A DNA stretch of 29,640 nucleotides from a virus (IMGVR_UViG_3300027704_000112:1-29640), one strand, 5' to 3'; counted from the first letter of the stretch, positions 9,458 through 17,398 are shown. Numbers and translations are program-made. The notes: generated by a model from the letters alone, not told the origin.

Positions 9458-9729
9458 AAGAAATAGAACCAATAGATGTATGGCTGAACGGAACAACCAA
9501 AACTGCCGTTAAATTACAAGCACACGGTACAAATGTCAACTTAGGAAATAGTGCTTCTTTTTATTGGCAGTTGATGACAGTAAAAGGTTATCAAGTTGCA
9601 AACGGTAGCCTTGGAATTAGTGGTGAAAAATACGCTGCGTGGGGTGCTAATGATAATTACATTTACACTATTATAGCCGAAGATTTAAACCTAGTAATTG
9701 TAGGTGATTGGGTAGATAGTGAAGATTAA
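9454..9729 (+). CDS. Hypothetical protein, probably fibre-associated
   Basis: 91 aa, ATGA-coupled to the fibre gene. Confidence 0.6.
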   Translation: MKEIEPIDVWLNGTTKTAVKLQAHGTNVNLGNSASFYWQLMTVKGYQVANGSLGISGEKYAAWGANDNYIYTIIAEDLNLVIVGDWVDSED

Positions 9730-9730
9730 T

Positions 9731-9738
9731 TATCTTTG
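9731..9738 (+). promoter_or_regulatory. Bacteroidota sigma-A -7 element (TATCTTTG)
   Basis: Exact TAnnTTTG match in an intergenic position, 12 nt before ATG 9751. Confidence 0.55.
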
Positions 9739-9750
9739 AAGAAAAAAAAT

Positions 9751-9987
9751 ATGAAAATTACAGATCAAGAATTAAAAACACTACAAGATCAAGAGAAAAA
9801 GAAGAATTCAATTGCTCATGATTTAGGAGTATTAGAATCAAAAAAACACGATCTTTTAAAATTACTAGATGATGTTAGAGAACATCAAGATATTACTTTT
9901 GAAGATATACAAGAAAATTATGGAAAAATTAGCATCAATCCCGAAACGGGAGAGTACGACAAAATTAAGGAAGAAGAAACTAAGTAA
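9751..9987 (+). CDS. Small coiled-coil hypothetical protein
   Basis: Start moved to ATG 9751 (MKITDQEL...INPETGEY). Confidence 0.65.
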   Translation: MKITDQELKTLQDQEKKKNSIAHDLGVLESKKHDLLKLLDDVREHQDITFEDIQENYGKISINPETGEYDKIKEEETK

Positions 9988-10429
9988 AAATATTAGTTAT
10001 TCTGAAGGAATACATTCTGAAACTGCTAAAAAATCAGGAATCAGCAATGAACCAACAGATGAGCATTATCAAAATATGCTAGTTACTGCGGACAGGTTAT
10101 TTCAGCCACTTAGGGACTGGTGTGGGCATCCAATTAGGGTAAATAGTATGTACAGATCAGCAGAATTAAACAAGGCTATAGGAGGCTCTAAAACAAGCCA
10201 ACATAGATTTGGACAGGCTTTAGATTTAGACACTTTAGGAAGTAAATCAAACGCTGATTTATTTAATTGGGCATCTGAAAATCTTGATTTTGATCAGTTG
10301 ATTTGGGAATTTGGAACAAATGAAGAACCGAATTGGATTCATATTTCTTTTTTAAGTGAAAAAGAGAATAGAAACCAAAAACTAAAGGCAACAAATCACC
10401 GGGGAAAAACAAGATATTCATTAATCTAA
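9920..10429 (+). CDS. Endolysin, peptidase M15 family (Zn D-Ala-D-Ala/L-Ala-D-Glu peptidase fold)
   Basis: NSMYRS..LN..IGGSKTSQH..GQALD and WIHIS zinc-ligand motifs. Start is uncertain; the nearest in-frame ATG is 9920. Confidence 0.85.
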   Translation: MEKLASIPKRESTTKLRKKKLSKNISYSEGIHSETAKKSGISNEPTDEHYQNMLVTADRLFQPLRDWCGHPIRVNSMYRSAELNKAIGGSKTSQHRFGQALDLDTLGSKSNADLFNWASENLDFDQLIWEFGTNEEPNWIHISFLSEKENRNQKLKATNHRGKTRYSLI

Positions 10430-10563
10430 TGCCAATACCTAAACCAAATAAAAACGAAAAGCAGAAGGATTTTATGATTAGATGTATTCCCCAGTTAATG
10501 GGGGAGTACAAGAAAGATCAAGCCATTGCCATTTGTTATCAAAAATACAAAGACAAAAAATGA
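10429..10563 (+). CDS. 44-aa two-Cys protein (not in ORF track)
   Basis: MPIPKPNKNEKQKDFMIRCIPQLMGEYKKDQAIAICYQKYKDKK. TAATG-coupled upstream and ATGA-coupled downstream. Confidence 0.7.
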   Translation: MPIPKPNKNEKQKDFMIRCIPQLMGEYKKDQAIAICYQKYKDKK

Positions 10564-10847
10564 CACAATTAAATGTAGATGTGGATGGGGATAAAAAACC
10601 CGATTTTCAAATTGATTTTAAAACCTTAATATTAGCAGGTGGTATTATTTTCTCGGGTGCATCATCTTATTTTATGTTGCAAAGTGAAATAGAAGTTGCG
10701 AAGACTTTGCCAAAGCCTATTATTTCACAAGATGATACAAGGGTAGTAAATCAAAAATTAGATTTTTTAATCAGAGAATTTGAAAAATTTGAATTACAAA
10801 CAGACAAAAGAATTGAAGATTTAGAACAAAGAGTATTTAAAAAATAG
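10560..10847 (+). CDS. Membrane protein, holin/lysis-accessory candidate
   Basis: Start moved to ATG 10560. One TM segment (LILAGGIIFSGASSYFML) plus a C-terminal coiled coil, next to the endolysin. Confidence 0.55.
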   Translation: MTQLNVDVDGDKKPDFQIDFKTLILAGGIIFSGASSYFMLQSEIEVAKTLPKPIISQDDTRVVNQKLDFLIREFEKFELQTDKRIEDLEQRVFKK

Positions 10848-10852
10848 AAATT

Positions 10853-11065
10853 ATGTTAAAGACATTTTTAAATTTAATTGAAACATTTGTGCCTGTTGGG
10901 GGTGAACTTCTTGAAAATATTCGTGCAAAGGAAGGGGGCATTAATCGTTTTTTTGCTCCAAGATTTATCAAGCAAATGATTAGATTATTGGTGGCAGCAG
11001 CAGCCGTTTATGCATTTGTCACAGGTAAAATTTCTCTTGAGGAAGTGGAAGAAGTTGTAAAGTAA
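10853..11065 (+). CDS. Small membrane protein, holin candidate
   Basis: 70 aa, hydrophobic LLVAAAAVYAFVTG segment, last gene of the lysis cluster. Confidence 0.5.
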   Translation: MLKTFLNLIETFVPVGGELLENIRAKEGGINRFFAPRFIKQMIRLLVAAAAVYAFVTGKISLEEVEEVVK

Positions 11066-11209
11066 AATTTTTTCATTATTATTGCATTGCTATAAAGGCT
11101 ACACTTGCACACTAAACACCAGTGCTTGGATCGAGCAAAATATTTCTCCCATTGGGGGGTAAGGGGGGCATTAACTAGATAAGAACCCCCTTAAAGGGGT
11201 TCGTTTAAT

Positions 11210-11599
11210 ATGAAGAAACTAACAAGGAGTAAACTAATCAAAAAACTAGACAGTGTATTTAGCCAATACATTAGAAGAAAAGATGCCATTAATGACATAG
11301 CAAAATGCATTACTTGTGGTGTTGAAAGACATTGGAAAGAACTACAATGTGGACACTTTCAAAGTCGAAGACACTATTCAACCCGGTGGGAAGTACTCAA
11401 TGTAGCGGTGCAATGTATTTCATGTAACCTATTCCAACATGGGCAGCAATACCTTTTTAGCAAATACCTAGATAAAACCTATGGTGAAGGCACATCAAAT
11501 GAATTGTTTTTAAAATCACAAATACTAGGAAAATTTACCACAAAGGAAATTGAAGAAATGATTGATAAATATAAAAATTTGTTAGATCAGTTAGATTGA
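11210..11599 (+). CDS. ninG: NinG/Rap-like recombination endonuclease
   Basis: LDSVFSQYIR, CITCG, CGHFQSR...TRW and QCISCN zinc/HNH-like motifs. Confidence 0.85.
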   Translation: MKKLTRSKLIKKLDSVFSQYIRRKDAINDIAKCITCGVERHWKELQCGHFQSRRHYSTRWEVLNVAVQCISCNLFQHGQQYLFSKYLDKTYGEGTSNELFLKSQILGKFTTKEIEEMIDKYKNLLDQLD

Positions 11600-11600
11600 T

Positions 11601-11608
11601 TATATTTG
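11601..11608 (+). promoter_or_regulatory. Bacteroidota -7 element (TATATTTG)
   Basis: Exact TAnnTTTG match just after the ninG stop. Confidence 0.5.
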
Positions 11609-11674
11609 AAGTGTAAATAAATAAACTGTGGTGGTATATTTTTTTTAGATAGACTCCTATCTAAATATCTGTTT

Positions 11675-11706
11675 AAAGGGGAAAATTAATTTTTTCCTCT
11701 TTTTTT
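11675..11706 (+). terminator. Rho-independent terminator
   Basis: AAAGGGGAAAA/TTTTCCTCTTT stem followed by a T-run. Confidence 0.7.
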
Positions 11707-11713
11707 GTTTAAT

Positions 11714-11747
11714 AATAGTATTATTAAATTTTTATTTCATATCTTTG
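11714..11747 (+). promoter_or_regulatory. Early host-type promoter (TTATTAAA...CATATCTTTG)
   Basis: TAnnTTTG at 11740-11747; near-copy at 15395-15427. Confidence 0.65.
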
Positions 11748-11777
11748 ATTTATAATTAACAAACAAACAAAAACAAA

Positions 11778-11975
11778 ATGGAAAATTTAAAAGTCGGACA
11801 AAGAATAAGGTTTCAAATTGAAGGAACAAATGATGTATATACTAGAAAAATACATAGCATTTATATACCAAAATTTAATAAATCAATTATTAAATACAAT
11901 ACAAAAGGAATAGGTGGGGGTTATGCATCTGAAGGATTTTCAGTTGAACCACATGAAATAATTAAAGCATACTAA
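11778..11975 (+). CDS. Hypothetical early protein
   Basis: 65 aa, bounded by its own promoter, A-rich leader and terminator. Confidence 0.7.
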   Translation: MENLKVGQRIRFQIEGTNDVYTRKIHSIYIPKFNKSIIKYNTKGIGGGYASEGFSVEPHEIIKAY

Positions 11976-11981
11976 TTCAAT

Positions 11982-12004
11982 GGGGGGTAAAACCCCTTTT
12001 TTTT
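11982..12004 (+). terminator. Rho-independent terminator
   Basis: GGGGGGT-AAA-ACCCCTT hairpin with a T8 run. Confidence 0.7.
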
Positions 12005-12169
12005 ATGGAACAAAAAACACCAACACCATTAAATGTCCTTTATGAAAAATCAACCGATCCAAGCAGGGATAGATTTTCATTTGCATTTTCAACAGATATA
12101 AAGGATTGGATTAAATCAAGGCAAAGACGATACGATCAAAAAGCGTACAAGATTAAGAAAAAGGAATAA
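12005..12169 (+). CDS. 54-aa hypothetical protein (not in ORF track)
   Basis: MEQKTPTPLNVLYEKSTDPSRDRFSFAFSTDIKDWIKSRQRRYDQKAYKIKKKE fills the intergenic gap. Confidence 0.55.
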   Translation: MEQKTPTPLNVLYEKSTDPSRDRFSFAFSTDIKDWIKSRQRRYDQKAYKIKKKE

Positions 12170-12192
12170 ATATATTTTTAAAATAAAATGTT

Positions 12193-12200
12193 TATATTTG
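12193..12200 (+). promoter_or_regulatory. Bacteroidota -7 element (TATATTTG)
   Basis: Exact TAnnTTTG match 11 nt before ATG 12212, heading the recombination operon. Confidence 0.6.
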
Positions 12201-12211
12201 TTAAAAAAACT

Positions 12212-12364
12212 ATGAAACAAATAGTAAACATAGAAGATTTAAAGTATCAGCACAAGGTGCAGATTCAAGAATTTCAACTAGTTATTTACAAGTTGGAAAA
12301 TAAGATTGAAATGCTACAAGCACTACTTCAATCTAGGGAAAATCCCGAACAGGTTAAATTTTAA
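12212..12364 (+). CDS. 50-aa coiled-coil hypothetical protein (not in ORF track)
   Basis: MKQIVNIEDLKYQHKVQIQEFQLVIYKLENKIEMLQALLQSRENPEQVKF, directly after the promoter. Confidence 0.65.
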   Translation: MKQIVNIEDLKYQHKVQIQEFQLVIYKLENKIEMLQALLQSRENPEQVKF

Positions 12365-12373
12365 AACAGAAAA

Positions 12374-12898
12374 ATGGATATATCACTAAACCGCAAGTTA
12401 TCAGAAATTCAAACAGAATTAAAAGTTCACAAATCACAATTCAATAAGTATGGCAAATACTATTATAGGAGTGCAGAAGATTTTACAGAGGCTTTAAAAC
12501 CTTTTTTATTACCACACGATGTTACTGTTACTCTTAAAGAAAAGTATTTAGGTGATCATGTAATAAAATCAACTGCTATCATAAGTGATGGAGTGCAAAA
12601 GATTAAGGCTACTGCAATAGTGGAAGTAGATATGGATCAGAAAGTAAATATGTCAATTCCTCAAAGATATGGAACTGCAAGTAGTTATGGTAAAAAATAC
12701 GCATTAGGTAATCTTTTCTTAGTTGATGACACACAAGATGATGATGCAACAAACAAACAAAAAAAACCATTGATTAAAGGCACACTTTTATATAAGCAAG
12801 TAGTAGATGCTTTAAAAGATGGATCAAGAACTTTAGATAAGATTAAAGAAACATTAATAATATCTGAAGAATTAGAAGTAGAATTAAAACAAATATAA
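12374..12898 (+). CDS. erf: ERF-family single-strand annealing protein
   Basis: KLSEIQTELK..KSQFNKYGKYYYRSAED and GTASSYGKKYALGNLF..DD..DDD motifs. Confidence 0.85.
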   Translation: MDISLNRKLSEIQTELKVHKSQFNKYGKYYYRSAEDFTEALKPFLLPHDVTVTLKEKYLGDHVIKSTAIISDGVQKIKATAIVEVDMDQKVNMSIPQRYGTASSYGKKYALGNLFLVDDTQDDDATNKQKKPLIKGTLLYKQVVDALKDGSRTLDKIKETLIISEELEVELKQI

Positions 12899-12901
12899 AT
12901 T

Positions 12902-13219
12902 ATGGGATCACTAGGCAGTTTAAATATAAGGGTAGACAAATTACCCAAAGAAAAATTTGTAAAAGGTAAAGATGGGGCGGTGTATTGTGACATAACGTTT
13001 TCAATAAATGATGACACAAGATACGGAAATAATGTATCAGCAATGATTCCCCAAACTAAGGAAGAACGAGAAGCCAAAAAGGCAAAACAATACATAGGCA
13101 ATGGCAAAATCTTTTGGACAGATGGAAGTATTAAAATTGCTGATAAGGATGAACTTGCTAAAAATTTAAATAGTTCTCCTTATGACGATAAGACAGAAGA
13201 TAGCGGATTACCGTTTTAA
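12902..13219 (+). CDS. Putative single-stranded DNA-binding protein
   Basis: Follows ERF and has an acidic tail ending DSGLPF, like SSB C-terminal tips. Confidence 0.6.
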   Translation: MGSLGSLNIRVDKLPKEKFVKGKDGAVYCDITFSINDDTRYGNNVSAMIPQTKEEREAKKAKQYIGNGKIFWTDGSIKIADKDELAKNLNSSPYDDKTEDSGLPF

Positions 13220-13223
13220 GTTT

Positions 13224-13250
13224 AGGGGGATTAAGTTCCCCCTTTTTTTT
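13224..13250 (+). terminator. Rho-independent terminator
   Basis: AGGGGGA/TCCCCCT stem followed by T8. Confidence 0.8.
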
Positions 13251-13268
13251 ACATAAATTACACCACAC

Positions 13269-14078
13269 ATGACAGATATTGAACTACAATTGGCTGAAAC
13301 CTTTTGTAAAATCGACAACACCAAAGAAATAGAATACCCACCAATTGCTTTATCTATAGGCACTAAAGTTATTAGCACTAAAAAGGGGAATGAAGTGGTT
13401 GATATTCCTATTGGAACTTATGGGAACTTCTCATTTATACAAGCACCCCCAAAAAGCCGAAAAAGTTACTTTGTAAGTTTGCTAGTTTCAGCTTATTTAA
13501 GACATAATAACTTTGTAGGTAACATAAAAAGCCATAGAAAAAATGAGCAATTACTTCATTTTGATACAGAACAAGGACACTGGCACAGTGCAAGGACCTT
13601 TAAAAGGGTAATTGATATGTGTGGCACATCAGATGGGTATCACACTTTTGCTTTGCGTACGCTTAACTATTCTCAGCGAATGGAATTTATTGAATATTGC
13701 TTTATGAAACACAAAAAAATAGGAATTTGTGTAATAGATGGAATAGCCGATTTAGTAAGTGATGCAAATAATATAGAACAAAGTAATGATTGTGTTCAAA
13801 AGTTGATGAAGTGGAGTACTGACTTTAAATGTCACATCATTACGGTGATTCATAGCAATTTTGGAACAGACAAACCTACCGGGCATTTAGGATCTTTTTT
13901 GGAAAAGAAAGCAGAAACCCAAATATCACTTGAAAAAAACACAGTACATTCAGATCAAACAATTGTAACCTGTAAAAGAAGCCGGGGTTTCCCTTTTGAA
14001 AACTTGTCATTTAAAATTAATACCTTTGGTTACCCCGAAATAATAGAAAATCTTTATGATCCCCTCGAAGGCACTTGA
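13269..14078 (+). CDS. P-loop ATPase, RepA/AAA_25-like putative replicative helicase
   Basis: Walker A-like APPKSRKS, FDTEQG, Walker B VIDGIAD, VIH and GHLGS motifs. Confidence 0.75.
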   Translation: MTDIELQLAETFCKIDNTKEIEYPPIALSIGTKVISTKKGNEVVDIPIGTYGNFSFIQAPPKSRKSYFVSLLVSAYLRHNNFVGNIKSHRKNEQLLHFDTEQGHWHSARTFKRVIDMCGTSDGYHTFALRTLNYSQRMEFIEYCFMKHKKIGICVIDGIADLVSDANNIEQSNDCVQKLMKWSTDFKCHIITVIHSNFGTDKPTGHLGSFLEKKAETQISLEKNTVHSDQTIVTCKRSRGFPFENLSFKINTFGYPEIIENLYDPLEGT

Positions 14079-14535
14079 AAAAATATTTAAAAAGAACACT
14101 CAATGGATTGATATTGTCAAATCTTTTGGTTGTAATCGTGACACATCACAAGACATTGTTCAAGAAATGTATTTTAAGGTTCAGAAACGATTAGAGAAAG
14201 GTACAGACATTCAATATAATGAAGATGATATAAACTACTACTACATTTTTAAAGTTCTTAGATCGCTTTTTTTAGACTTAAAAAGAAAAGAATCAAAAGT
14301 TAAAATAGTTGAACTAGGAGAAGTTGAAAATTGTGAATTAGATATTAATTATGAAGATGCGTATGAAGCAGTGACTGAAGAAATAAACACCTTGTTTTGG
14401 TATGATCGAAAAGTATATGAAATAATAGATAATGGTAAATCTATTTCTGAACTTTCGAGACAAACAAATATTTCTTACTACTCACTATATAACACGTACA
14501 AAAAAGTTAAAAACAAGTTAAAGCATTTGTTATGA
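14056..14535 (+). CDS. Phage sigma-70 (ECF-like) factor
   Basis: Region 2-like SQDIVQEMYFKV...YIFKVLRSLFLD..RK and region 4 HTH SISELSRQTNISYYSLYNTYKKVKNKLK in 159 aa. Confidence 0.75.
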   Translation: MIPSKALEKIFKKNTQWIDIVKSFGCNRDTSQDIVQEMYFKVQKRLEKGTDIQYNEDDINYYYIFKVLRSLFLDLKRKESKVKIVELGEVENCELDINYEDAYEAVTEEINTLFWYDRKVYEIIDNGKSISELSRQTNISYYSLYNTYKKVKNKLKHLL

Positions 14536-15020
14536 ATTACAAATACCCTAAATCTTTTTGGAAAATAGCGGAGCAGTTAGGACATGCAAGAACTGTGATG
14601 GATGAAAAAATAATTTTAAACAATCCAAAATATGAAAGGGGATCAAGGAGGGAACATATAGATAAAATAGGGGTGTTGGGTGAATTAATTGCAATGGATT
14701 ATTTAACGAATAAAAACATTGAATTTACAATGGCAAACCTTTTAGAATTATATCCTGTTAAAAATGCTGACTTTGTTTTTAAGAATAAAAAAATAGATGT
14801 TAAATCTACTTTGCACTTTGAGAAAGCACACATTTTAATTAATGATGAAGCGCATGAAAAAGGATTAGGTATAATTGAAATTTATTGGATTATCTATATT
14901 CTTGATGAAACGAATTGCGAATTTTATTTTGTTGACTATGATGATGTAAGCAAATGGGATTGCAGATTATTTAAGTATACAAATGCTTTTTACACAAAAC
15001 GAGAAAATTTAAAGAAATGA
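14532..15020 (+). CDS. PD-(D/E)xK-type nuclease-like protein
   Basis: GVLGE...AD(F)...IDVKS catalytic pattern. Confidence 0.55.
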   Translation: MNYKYPKSFWKIAEQLGHARTVMDEKIILNNPKYERGSRREHIDKIGVLGELIAMDYLTNKNIEFTMANLLELYPVKNADFVFKNKKIDVKSTLHFEKAHILINDEAHEKGLGIIEIYWIIYILDETNCEFYFVDYDDVSKWDCRLFKYTNAFYTKRENLKK

Positions 15021-15166
15021 AATTAGGGGATTTAATTTATTACATAACCAAATACACAGGGATAAAAGCCTTGGTAGATTGGTACAGTAAATACACCGGA
15101 AAAGATTGCGGATGTGATGAAAGACGAGAAAAATTAAATAAGGTAAACGGAATTAAAAGATGGTAA
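15017..15166 (+). CDS. 49-aa CGC-motif protein (not in ORF track)
   Basis: MKLGDLIYYITKYTGIKALVDWYSKYTGKDCGCDERREKLNKVNGIKRW, overlapping both neighbours. Confidence 0.7.
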   Translation: MKLGDLIYYITKYTGIKALVDWYSKYTGKDCGCDERREKLNKVNGIKRW

Positions 15167-15399
15167 AATTTAAAAAAGAAGATTTAATTGTTTGGGATGG
15201 CTTTAGGTCGGTTAATAAATCTGTGATTAGCCACGATGAATACATTATGATTTGTAAATTTCATGCACACTATTTTGAACACAAACTTGAAGAACCCTGT
15301 AAGTGCGCACCCAAAAGAATAAACCAGTTAATAGCTGATTTAAATAAAATGTGGGAGCAGTCAAAAAAGAAACCTAGAAAGAAAAAGAAAGAAGAATAG
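15160..15399 (+). CDS. Hypothetical protein with CxC motif
   Basis: 79 aa with PCKC and a basic tail. Confidence 0.65.
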   Translation: MVKFKKEDLIVWDGFRSVNKSVISHDEYIMICKFHAHYFEHKLEEPCKCAPKRINQLIADLNKMWEQSKKKPRKKKKEE

Positions 15400-15427
15400 T
15401 TTATTAAACTTTTTGTGCATATCTTCG
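15395..15427 (+). promoter_or_regulatory. Early host-type promoter (TTATTAAA...CATATCTTCG)
   Basis: Near-copy of 11714-11747 with the same spacing; one mismatch to TAnnTTTG. Confidence 0.6.
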
Positions 15428-15449
15428 TTACTTATTAAACAAAACAGAT

Positions 15450-15641
15450 ATGGAAATTATAAACGATTTATTAACCGCATACAGTAAAGGATTTATTACT
15501 GATGATGAATGTGTAGAAATGTGTGATTTATACCAAAACACTATTACCACGATAAAACAAAAACCAAATTACGATTGGGATGATGATCAAGTATCTAATG
15601 ATTGGATGAATGATCTTCACGAAACACAATATGATTATTAA
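15450..15641 (+). CDS. Acidic hypothetical early protein
   Basis: 63 aa, Asp-rich, between a promoter and a hairpin. Confidence 0.65.
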   Translation: MEIINDLLTAYSKGFITDDECVEMCDLYQNTITTIKQKPNYDWDDDQVSNDWMNDLHETQYDY

Positions 15642-15647
15642 ATAAAT

Positions 15648-15667
15648 AAGGGAGTAAAATCCCTTTT
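15648..15667 (+). terminator. Short terminator-like hairpin
   Basis: AAGGGA-GTAAAA-TCCCTT followed by TT. Confidence 0.5.
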
Positions 15668-15680
15668 AAATAAAACAGAT

Positions 15681-15998
15681 ATGGATAATTTTATAGAACA
15701 CATTTTTGGAGACGTTATGAAAGATGTTGATAAATTAGTAACTGATGCAAAAAAAATTGTAGACAAAAAAAACATGAAAGATTCAAGCCTAATAAGACAA
15801 AAGAAAAAAATACACGGAGCATTGTATGTAATTGAATGCCCAACCTGTGGAAATTATGCAGCATCTTCAGAAGATTATAAGTCATTACCGGACTGGACTG
15901 TGTGCCGAGAATGTTACCCAACTAAACTACTAAGTGATGTCATACGAATGGACTACCGCAAACGATTTTCAAAATTTGGAAGTAAATCAAGCTTATAA
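15681..15998 (+). CDS. Hypothetical zinc-ribbon protein
   Basis: CPTC...CREC pair. Confidence 0.6.
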   Translation: MDNFIEHIFGDVMKDVDKLVTDAKKIVDKKNMKDSSLIRQKKKIHGALYVIECPTCGNYAASSEDYKSLPDWTVCRECYPTKLLSDVIRMDYRKRFSKFGSKSSL

Positions 15999-16110
15999 TA
16001 AATACCTTAAAGCAAAAAAAGCCACAAATAACCACACAGAATACAACCAATGGTTTGAATATTGGCTAGATTATTTACACTTAAGAAATAGATATGGAAT
16101 ATACAAATGA
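15937..16110 (+). CDS. 57-aa aromatic-rich hypothetical protein (not in ORF track)
   Basis: MSYEWTTANDFQNLEVNQAYNKYLKAKKATNNHTEYNQWFEYWLDYLHLRNRYGIYK; overlaps the previous ORF by 62 nt. Confidence 0.5.
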   Translation: MSYEWTTANDFQNLEVNQAYNKYLKAKKATNNHTEYNQWFEYWLDYLHLRNRYGIYK

Positions 16111-16219
16111 ATTTTTAAATTATGAAGAGGGAATAAGCAACTGCTGCAGCGCAAAAGTTATAGAGCATTCAGAAAGATGTGATGCTTGTCAAGAAAACTG
16201 TGAAGTAGTAGCAGAATGA
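16094..16219 (+). CDS. 41-aa Cys-rich zinc-finger-like protein (not in ORF track)
   Basis: MEYTNEFLNYEEGISNCCSAKVIEHSERCDACQENCEVVAE, ATGA-coupled to the exonuclease. Confidence 0.65.
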   Translation: MEYTNEFLNYEEGISNCCSAKVIEHSERCDACQENCEVVAE

Positions 16220-16917
16220 TTTTGCTTGTAGATGCCGATAGTTTGGTTTTTGCAAGTTGCTATCGACCAAGGGAAGATGTTGACACATTCTATACAAATC
16301 TAGATGATGTTATTCACAAATTTGATGAATCATTTATGAAGATAGTAAATGATCTATCTGATAGGTACGAAGTAAAAGAAGTGTTAACCTTTAATAATAG
16401 CAAAGGCAACTTTAGAAAGCTAATTACACCCACTTACAAAGCAAATAGGATAGGACAAAAGAAACCCCCAATGCTTAAAGAAATGCATGACTATGTTAAA
16501 GAAACGTATGATGGCATTTATGGGTATGGGATTGAAACGGATGATATAGTTGCTACCTATTGGAAAGAATTAAGCACTAAGTTTGGCAGGGAAAATGTAA
16601 TGATTGTTAGTATAGATAAAGATTATCTTCAATTCCCGGCATTGATTTACAGATACAACCGCAAAGAAATTTTAAACCTTTCTGAATTTGATTCATTGCT
16701 TAACTTTTATACTCAAATGATAATTGGGGATACTTCGGATAATGTGAACTACTTTAAGGGCAAAGGCATCAAATTTGCACAGAAATATTACAAGGACTGT
16801 GACACAAAATATCAATTCACTAAAATGTTATACCTTCTTTTTAAAGAAAGATACAAGAGTAAAGCAAGAGAAAAATACATAGAGTGCTACAACCTTTTAA
16901 AACTTAGAACAGAATGA
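16216..16917 (+). CDS. 5'-3' exonuclease (T7 gp6/PIN-like FEN family)
   Basis: LVDADS, FRK..YKANR, ETDD, SIDKD and GDTSDN acidic motifs. Confidence 0.9.
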   Translation: MILLVDADSLVFASCYRPREDVDTFYTNLDDVIHKFDESFMKIVNDLSDRYEVKEVLTFNNSKGNFRKLITPTYKANRIGQKKPPMLKEMHDYVKETYDGIYGYGIETDDIVATYWKELSTKFGRENVMIVSIDKDYLQFPALIYRYNRKEILNLSEFDSLLNFYTQMIIGDTSDNVNYFKGKGIKFAQKYYKDCDTKYQFTKMLYLLFKERYKSKAREKYIECYNLLKLRTE

Positions 16918-17081
16918 ACTTAAAAGCAGAATTAAAGGAAAAGATAAAAACAAGAGATGAGCGAAGAAAAGCAATCCTTGATCCAAACATTGACCAATTG
17001 ACAATAGTTGGAATGACAAGAGGATTAAAACGATTGGAAAAGGAAATAAATGTTTTAATTAAACAAATAGAAAATGAATAA
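16914..17081 (+). CDS. 55-aa helical hypothetical protein (not in ORF track)
   Basis: MNLKAELKEK...KQIENE, ATGA-coupled to the exonuclease. Confidence 0.6.
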   Translation: MNLKAELKEKIKTRDERRKAILDPNIDQLTIVGMTRGLKRLEKEINVLIKQIENE

Positions 17082-17181
17082 AGCTAAAAAAATAGTAGGC
17101 GCTTTGTTAATACTTATAGCAAGTGCATTAATTTTAATAATTGGTAATTTTATAGACTTACACAAACCAAAACAATTTTGA
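17074..17181 (+). CDS. 35-aa single-TM peptide (not in ORF track)
   Basis: MNKAKKIVGALLILIASALILIIGNFIDLHKPKQF. Confidence 0.55.
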   Translation: MNKAKKIVGALLILIASALILIIGNFIDLHKPKQF

Positions 17182-17267
17182 TTTCAATAGTAGACGTATC
17201 AACATTAATTATTCTATTATATATTGTTGCGGTTATAAGTGATATTAAAAATAAACTAAAAAAATAA
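17178..17267 (+). CDS. Possible 29-aa single-TM peptide
   Basis: TTGA-coupled TTG start; MISIVDVSTLIILLYIVAVISDIKNKLKK. Confidence 0.4.
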   Translation: MISIVDVSTLIILLYIVAVISDIKNKLKK

Positions 17268-17287
17268 TTAAACTTTAATATAATTTT

Positions 17288-17398
17288 ATGCCGGAATTAA
17301 TTTGGGGGTGTTCCCTCTGCGGATCGTATAATAATATTAAAAATGATATTTGCGGAAAGTGTAAGAAAAAAAAAGAAATAACAGATATAAAAATATGA
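17288..17398 (+). CDS. 36-aa RanBP2-type zinc-finger microprotein (not in ORF track)
   Basis: MPELIWGCSLCGSYNNIKNDICGKCKKKKEITDIKI matches W-x-C-x2-C-x3-N-x6-C-x2-C. ATGA-coupled downstream. Confidence 0.7.
   Translation: MPELIWGCSLCGSYNNIKNDICGKCKKKKEITDIKI

Noticed and set aside
11066-11209. tRNA gene
   Set aside because: No cloverleaf, T-loop consensus or acceptor stem could be built.
11755-11777. AAAC tandem repeats as a CRISPR array or iterons
   Set aside because: Too short and without spacers; they directly precede ATG and fit an A-rich Bacteroidota translation leader.
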